64,000 bases of DNA from Patescibacteria group bacterium (GTDB taxonomy: Bacteria; Patescibacteriota; Patescibacteriia; UBA9570), in NCBI GenBank assembly GCA_041665365.1, contig JBAYIY010000004.1, forward strand, positions 8,610 through 72,609. Reading direction: 5' to 3'. The translations under genes were made by a program, and so were the position numbers. Each line of letters begins with the position of its first letter. Positions within the stretch are counted from its first letter, which is position 1. This document shows, piece after piece, positions 58,898-64,000 of this stretch. Below the pieces are notes generated by a model. It saw only the letters and a list, made by a program, of their open reading frames with translations, was not told where the DNA came from and did no database searches.

Positions 58898-59665
58898 ATG
58901 TTACCGAATTTACATTGGGCAACGATTACGCTTGGACCAATCGTGATTCAAGTGTGGGGTTTGTTTGTGGCACTTGGTATTATCGTAGCGGTATTGGTCG
59001 TTAAACAGTTTGCTAAACAGCGGCAATTAAATGACACCGCCGTAGTGGACGCCAGTTTTTGGATAATGGTGGCGGCCATGTTGATGGGTCGAGTGTGGTT
59101 TGTGTTTGATGAATGGTCTTTATTTAGCGGACATGTGTTAGATGCTTTAAAAATTTGGGAAGGAGGGATGTCAATCAGCGGTGGTTTCTTTGGGGCTTTA
59201 GTAGCCGGAGTGATTTATTTTAAATATAAAAAATTACCGTTTCTACCTTATGCGGAAGTAATGGTGTACGCTTTACCGTTAGGTATTGCCATCGGCCGGT
59301 TGGGTTGTTTCTTTATTTTTGACCATCCCGGAACGGTGACAAATTTCTTCTTAGGTGAGGTTTATTTTGTGGATGGCCTCGTGCGCCATAATCATGGGTT
59401 ATATCTAGTGATAGATGGAGCAGTGTTATTTAGTTTATTTACTTATCTACGGTACAAAACCAAAGCCTTACCACCATATTTTGTGACGATATTTTTACTG
59501 TGGGAAGGTTTGGTGCGAATTATTTTAGACAATTGGCGCATCGCCGATAACCACTGGTACGGCTTTACCGCCGCCCAATGGTGGGGAGTTGTGATGGTAT
59601 TAGGTGGTTTAACTGTGTTTGGCACGAGGCAGATTATAAGGAAGAAATACACACACGTCCTGTAG
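58898..59665 (+). CDS. lgt: Probable prolipoprotein diacylglyceryl transferase (Lgt-like polytopic membrane protein)
   Basis: Seven TM segments. 'GIAIGRLGCFFIFDHPG' resembles the Lgt GR.GNF region. The stop codon TAG lies inside the following palindrome. Confidence 0.45.
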   Translation: MLPNLHWATITLGPIVIQVWGLFVALGIIVAVLVVKQFAKQRQLNDTAVVDASFWIMVAAMLMGRVWFVFDEWSLFSGHVLDALKIWEGGMSISGGFFGALVAGVIYFKYKKLPFLPYAEVMVYALPLGIAIGRLGCFFIFDHPGTVTNFFLGEVYFVDGLVRHNHGLYLVIDGAVLFSLFTYLRYKTKALPPYFVTIFLLWEGLVRIILDNWRIADNHWYGFTAAQWWGVVMVLGGLTVFGTRQIIRKKYTHVL

Positions 59666-59694
59666 AGACGCGATTAATCGCGTCTCTACAGGAC
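59657..59694. repeat. 38-nt perfect palindrome gtcctgtagagacgcgattaatcgcgtctctacaggac
   Basis: Verified self-complementary. Overlaps the lgt stop codon. Confidence 0.8.
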
Positions 59695-59727
59695 AGGGCA
59701 TTGTAATTCCGCCGGTTTTTGTTGGGT

Positions 59728-59756
59728 TTGACAAAACTCAAAAAATGTGATAATGT
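59728..59756 (+). promoter_or_regulatory. Sigma70-like promoter (TTGACA-17-TAATGT with an upstream TGTG) in the AT-rich spacer between the two palindromes. No obvious ORF lies downstream.
   Basis: Read directly. Confidence 0.3.
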
Positions 59757-59922
59757 GTTCTGTTTTTGAGGCGCTTTTTTGTGCCTTAAAAACAAGCTAT
59801 TTGTCACGGTTTTTCGAGTCCTTTGACAATTTATCAATGTAAAGAATTAAAAAAACCATATATTTCTGTTTGGTTTGAAATATACGGTGCAGGTAGATCG
59901 AAATGAATAACCGAACCATCCC

Positions 59923-59976
59923 ACCCCCTGTCCTGGTAGAGACGCGATTAATCGCGTCTCTACCAGGACAGGGGGT
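59923..59976. repeat. 54-nt perfect palindrome (acccccctgtcctggtagagacgcgattaatcgcgtctctaccaggacagggggt), a longer copy of the 59657 element
   Basis: Verified base by base. Confidence 0.8.
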
Positions 59977-60095
59977 ACCGGGACGTCGGTTATTAATCTC
60001 GGTCTATCTGTGAGCCTTATCCAGGGGACGGTTGGGGCAATGATGCTCTGATCACACTGGGTGGGGTTTGGTCACAAAAACCGAAAGGAGAGGCC

Positions 60096-61835
60096 ATGAC
60101 CGGCTTCTTTTCTGATCTGAATGACGTCATGGAAAACCTCCTGTCCGGGCTGTCGGCCCGGCTGGTGGCTATCCTCGGGTTTTTGCTCGCCGTGCTCGGG
60201 GGTGGGGGCGCGTTCGCGTTCCTCGGTCCCGAAAACGAGTGGGTGACCCCCCTGTTCGGGGCGGGGGCGACGTTGGTCGTCCTCTCCCTGTTTGTGCGGG
60301 GGAGGCACGGGAATATCGGGGTGGAAGCCCCGGTTCCTGTGCAGGTTGTTCTCTGGGGACTGGCGATGTTTTTGTTGTGCCACGTCCCTATTGATAGGTC
60401 GGTCTGGATCTACCCCTGGATGCAGGGGGCGACCGTCCTGATCGTGGCACTCGGACTCGCCACGATCTTCATCCTCTCACCCGGGAGGGCGTTCCCGTCA
60501 GGGTCGTTCTTCTGGGGAGTGCTCTGTGCCTGGGGCGCAAGCCTCTTGCACTGGGGGCTCGTGGGGATGAAATGGGCGGCGACCGAGATCGCCCCGCAGG
60601 GTCCCATCGCCCAGGCCTCAGTGGCCGTGGCGTGGGTACTCGGCACCGTCTGCCTGATTGTGGCAACGGTGGCGTGGGCGATCATCCAGACCCACCGGTG
60701 GTCCAAGCGGGACCAGGTGTTCTTCCGCTTGGACAGGCCGGGAAAGTTCAAGGCCGTGCGCACGGGGCCCACGGTCTACACCTTCGTCGGGGATCTCACG
60801 GGTGTCCCCCCGGCGAAGGAGTCGGTACCAAGCGACGTTCTCTCCCAAGGGCCACAGGCGGTCTGGGAGTGGATGTGTGCGTGGCGGCCGACCCCCGCAT
60901 TGGTGGCACACGGAGCCCACCATGCGGATCCAACCATCCTGGACAATCCCAGGATGGATCCACGCCCGTTCCTCAACGACGCCCAGTGGATTCTCCCTGG
61001 TGCGTTCTTTGGGGGAGTTCCGGGGTTCGCCATCCCGGAACTGATGGTGGCAGAGATCTTCAATCGGAACCATGGCAACGGCGGCAACGGACACGCTGCC
61101 GGCGGTCATGGTGATCACAAGCAGCCCGACGCCCCGCGCCCCGGGGAGTACGGGACCTTGCAGGTCATTCCGGATGTGGACATGATCGTTGGGTTCGTGC
61201 CCACGAGCATGGCCGGTCCGGAAATCCGGCTGAAGATCGGCGTGTCCCTGCGGGCCGTCGGTCTGCCTTATCTTTTCCACGTGGACTCGCTGGATCACCA
61301 GCTTGAACACGCGGCGGAGATTCTCGGGCAGGCCCTCGCCGGTTCGGTGGGGACGTGGCTGTATGGCTTGACGGGGCACCTCTACGAGTTCGCTCGTCGT
61401 GGTGCTCCGCGTCGTCCTCGTACCCCGCTCGCCCCGGGGGATGAGCCCATCTCGGACATCCCGGCCGAGGTGGGGAATCACTTGGACCACTTCGTGCACC
61501 ACATGCACGAAGTTGGTATCCACGTTATTGAGTTGCGGCTCAAGGACGTGGATCTGCCGGACAACATCCGGCAGGTGAGTGATGAGAGGCTCACGGTCTT
61601 CATCCAGCAGACCGTGGCCAAGGCTAAGGCCGACATTCTCCGCCAGACTCGAATGGCGGAAATGGAAGCCTTCCTTGACACCGCCAAACTCTCTGACGAA
61701 AAGGTCAGAGGTGACGTGGTCAAGGAGCTGGCGAAGTTTTACTTCATTCAGGGGACGGATATGGCCGCCCTGCTTGGAGTAGCTTCCGCTGTCGGGTTCG
61801 CGCCCGGTATCGGTGGTGGCAAGAAGTCCACCTAG
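60096..61835 (+). CDS. High-GC (about 65%) foreign gene: polytopic N-terminal membrane domain, a His/Gly-rich linker, and a C-terminal SPFH/band-7 (flotillin/stomatin-like) domain
   Basis: GC3-rich codons throughout. SD 'aaaggagagg' upstream. 'IHVIELRLKDVDLPDNIRQV...AKAKADILRQTRMAEMEAFLDTAK' resembles the SPFH core. Linker 'NRNHGNGGNGHAAGGHGDH'. Confidence 0.6.
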   Translation: MTGFFSDLNDVMENLLSGLSARLVAILGFLLAVLGGGGAFAFLGPENEWVTPLFGAGATLVVLSLFVRGRHGNIGVEAPVPVQVVLWGLAMFLLCHVPIDRSVWIYPWMQGATVLIVALGLATIFILSPGRAFPSGSFFWGVLCAWGASLLHWGLVGMKWAATEIAPQGPIAQASVAVAWVLGTVCLIVATVAWAIIQTHRWSKRDQVFFRLDRPGKFKAVRTGPTVYTFVGDLTGVPPAKESVPSDVLSQGPQAVWEWMCAWRPTPALVAHGAHHADPTILDNPRMDPRPFLNDAQWILPGAFFGGVPGFAIPELMVAEIFNRNHGNGGNGHAAGGHGDHKQPDAPRPGEYGTLQVIPDVDMIVGFVPTSMAGPEIRLKIGVSLRAVGLPYLFHVDSLDHQLEHAAEILGQALAGSVGTWLYGLTGHLYEFARRGAPRRPRTPLAPGDEPISDIPAEVGNHLDHFVHHMHEVGIHVIELRLKDVDLPDNIRQVSDERLTVFIQQTVAKAKADILRQTRMAEMEAFLDTAKLSDEKVRGDVVKELAKFYFIQGTDMAALLGVASAVGFAPGIGGGKKST

Positions 61836-61962
61836 CCAGCCCGAGCCATTAGCGTGTGGCTCGTAAAAGATATCACGCCAGTTTCTCGTCGGTTTGAGCC
61901 ATAGTCATTACTGTGGTTCGCCGACATTCGTGTTTCAACAAACAACAATTCAAACAACAAAT

Positions 61963-61993
61963 TGTAGAGACGTCCCGCCGGGACGTCTCTACA
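61963..61993. repeat. Palindrome tgtagagacgtcccg-c-cgggacgtctctaca between the two high-GC genes
   Basis: 15-bp arms, verified. Confidence 0.75.
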
Positions 61994-62003
61994 GGGAGAT
62001 TTC

Positions 62004-62792
62004 ATGAGTCTCACTACGGCTCTTGCGATTCTGGTTCCGTTCTTGATGACTATTATCGGGGTCGCGATCGTGCGCTCAATTATGTACAGTGGAACTGACG
62101 ACCCCGCCGCCCACGCCGGTGGGAAGGAGGAGGCTCATCACGAGCCCTTCCTCCCCAACTGGCTCACCCTGGGGTACCACCCCAAGGTGTGGGTCGCGGC
62201 CGCCGCGCTCGTGGCGGTCGTCTGGCTCGGGCCGTGGGTGTGGGAGTGGGGATACGGGACCCCACTCGCCGACCCAGAGGTGGTCGAGCGACTCCAGTGG
62301 CCAGGCACCGTCCTGGCAATCCTGGTGGTGTTGATCATCAACGCCGCCAGGAAAAAGTACCCGGATGCCCACTCCCACGGGCCGGAGGACGCGGATGTCC
62401 TCTTCATGCTCGTGGTCACCGCCGTCATGGTGCTGATGGCGACCGGGGGCATCGGGTTCCTCCACCTGTTGGGGAACAACTGGGTGAAGGTCGGGGATAC
62501 CTGTTGGCGGCTGTATCACTGCCCCGCCAGCTGGATCCTGATCTTCCTCTTTCCCCACATGGGTGAGAGGTCGTTTGGGAAGGGAACCGGGCCGGCCACC
62601 GTGTCGACGGTGATCGTGGTCGGCCTGTGGGCGTTCTTCGTCGGACCGTACGTGTCCGACGGATGGAACGCAGTGTGGTTCGACCACATGGTGCTGCACG
62701 CCATGGGGTTGAATCACGCGTGGGAAATGCCAGACTGGTTCCTCTGGCTTTTCCCGGTTGACGATCACCTGCCACCGGAGTGGCGCTGGTGA
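62004..62792 (+). CDS. High-GC foreign gene: hypothetical polytopic membrane protein (262 aa), Trp/His-rich
   Basis: Six or more hydrophobic helices. GC3-rich. SD 'agggag'. The alternative-frame ORFs in this stretch are treated as GC artefacts. Confidence 0.55.
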   Translation: MSLTTALAILVPFLMTIIGVAIVRSIMYSGTDDPAAHAGGKEEAHHEPFLPNWLTLGYHPKVWVAAAALVAVVWLGPWVWEWGYGTPLADPEVVERLQWPGTVLAILVVLIINAARKKYPDAHSHGPEDADVLFMLVVTAVMVLMATGGIGFLHLLGNNWVKVGDTCWRLYHCPASWILIFLFPHMGERSFGKGTGPATVSTVIVVGLWAFFVGPYVSDGWNAVWFDHMVLHAMGLNHAWEMPDWFLWLFPVDDHLPPEWRW

Positions 62793-62895
62793 TCAAAGAG
62801 TAGTAAGGCTCGATTTGGATAGGTGTGGTAGGCTTGACGCGTTGTCGTCGCCGCCACCCATACATCCATCTCGAGCCTTTTTTCGTATACAAAAT

Positions 62896-62955
62896 AACTG
62901 TACCAACACAGGTAGAGACGCGATTAATCGCGTCTCTACCTGTGTTGGTACAGTT
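62896..62955. repeat. 60-nt perfect palindrome aactgtaccaacacaggtagagacgcgattaatcgcgtctctacctgtgttggtacagtt
   Basis: 27-bp arms, verified. Core identical to 59923-59976. Confidence 0.8.
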
Positions 62956-63040
62956 CAATTTGACAACAACAAAAAAATACCTTATTATCACCAGCATAAA
63001 GCGTTGCCAAAGTGATTGGGGACGCTTTTATTATCAGATT

Positions 63041-63718
63041 ATGAAAAACAACAAGCAGATTATTAAACAAAACACCTTTTCGAAGTTTTTATTATACACT
63101 ACGCCAAATGGCAAAGTTAAGGTGGAGATATTTTTGCATGATGAGAATATCTGGCTGACACAAATGAAGATAGCCAAGTTATTCGGAGTAGAAAGAAGTG
63201 TTATTACTAAGCATCTACAAAATATATTTAAGGAGGGTGAGCTTAATAAAGTAGCAACCTGTGCAAAAATTGCACAGGTTCAAAATGAAGGCAAAAGACA
63301 AGTAACAAGGGATGTTGAGTTTTATAATTTAGATGCGATTATATCTGTTGGATACAGAGTAAACAGTGTCATGGCCACTAATTTTAGAATTTGGGCGACT
63401 GAACGTCTCAAAGAATATATCATCAAGGGTTTTACCATGGACGATGAACGATTAAAAAACCCAAATACTATTTTTGGTCAAGATTATTTTGAAGAACAAC
63501 TGGCTCGCATCAGAGATATTAGAAGTAGTGAAAGACGATTTAATGAAAGGAATATTTTAGAAGACAATGGAAAAATTAGTCATGAAGTAGCAGTAGTTTC
63601 TGCAGAAAGCGAATACGAAAAATATCGTAAAAAACAAGACAAAAATTATATATCTGATTTTGATCGAGCAGCGAAGAAACTTATGAACAATAAATTTAAT
63701 AACAAAAATAACAGGTAA
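63041..63718 (+). CDS. rhuM: RhuM-family protein (virulence/phage-associated DNA-binding family), low GC
   Basis: 'GKVKVEIFLHDENIWLTQMKIAKLFGVERSVITKHLQNIFKEGEL' and 'ATNFRIWATERLKEYIIKGF' match RhuM conserved blocks. Start set at the ATG at 63041 downstream of the palindrome. Confidence 0.65.
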   Translation: MKNNKQIIKQNTFSKFLLYTTPNGKVKVEIFLHDENIWLTQMKIAKLFGVERSVITKHLQNIFKEGELNKVATCAKIAQVQNEGKRQVTRDVEFYNLDAIISVGYRVNSVMATNFRIWATERLKEYIIKGFTMDDERLKNPNTIFGQDYFEEQLARIRDIRSSERRFNERNILEDNGKISHEVAVVSAESEYEKYRKKQDKNYISDFDRAAKKLMNNKFNNKNNR

Positions 63719-63727
63719 GAACACCCG

Positions 63728-63755
63728 GTAGAGACGTTGTATGCAACGTCTCTAC
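63728..63755. repeat. Palindrome gtagagacgttg-tatg-caacgtctctac after rhuM
   Basis: 12-bp arms, verified. Confidence 0.7.
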
Positions 63756-63852
63756 TTGATTTCAGGGTTTAATTTCAGCGTTTTCATCTCCTTCATCTTT
63801 TCAGCGATCCATTTGACCTACCTGGTATTATAAAATATGTTATACTCCCTGC

Positions 63853-64000
63853 ATGTTTAAATTCTTCATTCTTACTTCATTATTCTTAATTCTTTATTCT
63901 TTTCCTCTCCCCACCCAGGCGGCTTTCGGTGATACCACCACTTATGCTGGTAAACTAATCTCCGGTGATGGCAGTTTCCGTACGGACGCTTATTTTGATT
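63853..64000 (+). CDS. 5' part of a secreted-protein gene (signal peptide MFKFFILTSLFLILYSFPLPTQAAFG...), running off the window end
   Basis: Preceded by a TTGACC...TATAAAAT promoter-like sequence. Open frame to the last base. Confidence 0.4.
   Translation, partial: MFKFFILTSLFLILYSFPLPTQAAFGDTTTYAGKLISGDGSFRTDAYFD

Noticed and set aside
59657-62955. Integron cassette array (attC sites)
   Set aside because: The palindromes do not fit the attC R''-L''...L'-R' architecture, which has a GTTRRRY core and imperfect extrahelical bases. They are perfect hairpins with a GTAGAGAC arm. No intI gene is in the window. They are therefore reported as a distinct hairpin-delimited cassette system.
60410-62997. 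Numerous overlapping ORFs on both strands in the 60-63 kb stretch (for example 60618-61523 on the minus strand, 301 aa; and 62076-62768 on the minus strand)
   Set aside because: High-GC DNA lacks stop codons in all frames. Only the + frame ORFs have SD sequences, TM/SPFH domain logic and GC3 bias. The others are Arg/Pro/Gly-rich frame artefacts.
59657-63755. Inverted BsmBI/Esp3I (CGTCTC) site pairs suggesting a synthetic Golden-Gate construct
   Set aside because: The same GAGACG...CGTCTC palindromes occur in native contexts elsewhere: the ftsZ terminator, inside adoK, and between adoK and ahcY. Their variable centres and arms are typical of a natural repeat family.
1-64000. tRNA, rRNA or CRISPR arrays
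   Set aside because: I scanned the intergenic regions for GTTCGAATC-type T-arm motifs and for regularly spaced short repeats and found none. The window appears to contain no stable RNA genes or CRISPR.

Overview
By eye this is a low-GC (about 40%), gene-dense bacterial chromosomal segment with many overlapping or abutting genes and no UGA recoding. The gene content (ftsA-ftsZ, a split comEC, several DsbA-like paralogs, a giant Cys-rich surface protein, a minimal pentose-phosphate and methyl-cycle set) is consistent with a reduced-genome, possibly episymbiotic Patescibacteria/CPR-type organism, but that is inference only. The core content is: a giant surface protein followed by two thrombospondin-type-3 (TSP3) Ca-binding repeat anchors; ybeY-dgkA; ftsA-ftsZ; an nrdR / cob(I)alamin adenosyltransferase / class II ribonucleotide reductase (nrdJ) operon with tandem NrdR boxes; glnA with a GAF-ANTAR regulator; a thiamin/Fe/polyamine-type ABC importer; fpg; a UvrD-helicase/PD-(D/E)xK nuclease; a folate cluster (PTPS-folK-folE-pabB-pabC-folP); prfB; glmS; a split comEC; metK-adoK-ahcY; fba; rpiB-rpe and a split transketolase; and a hydroxypyruvate reductase / glycerate kinase / aminotransferase trio. 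The accessory content is: (1) a family of at least nine perfect or near-perfect palindromes sharing the arm (G/T)GTAGAGACG...CGTCTCTAC(C/A), one acting as the ftsZ terminator and one lying inside the adoK coding sequence; (2) two high-GC (about 65%) membrane-protein genes, foreign-looking by composition and each individually bracketed by these palindromes, followed by a rhuM-like gene; (3) a MITE-like 122-bp GC-rich hairpin element inserted at the fpg stop codon with a 14-bp target-site duplication, plus a second copy after nrdJ; (4) a phage-like island (42.7-47.0 kb) between ahcY and fba; (5) a thiol/metal module containing a 19-aa Cys-rich peptide, a BlaI/BlaR1-like pair and DsbA paralogs. 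No tRNA, rRNA or CRISPR was found.
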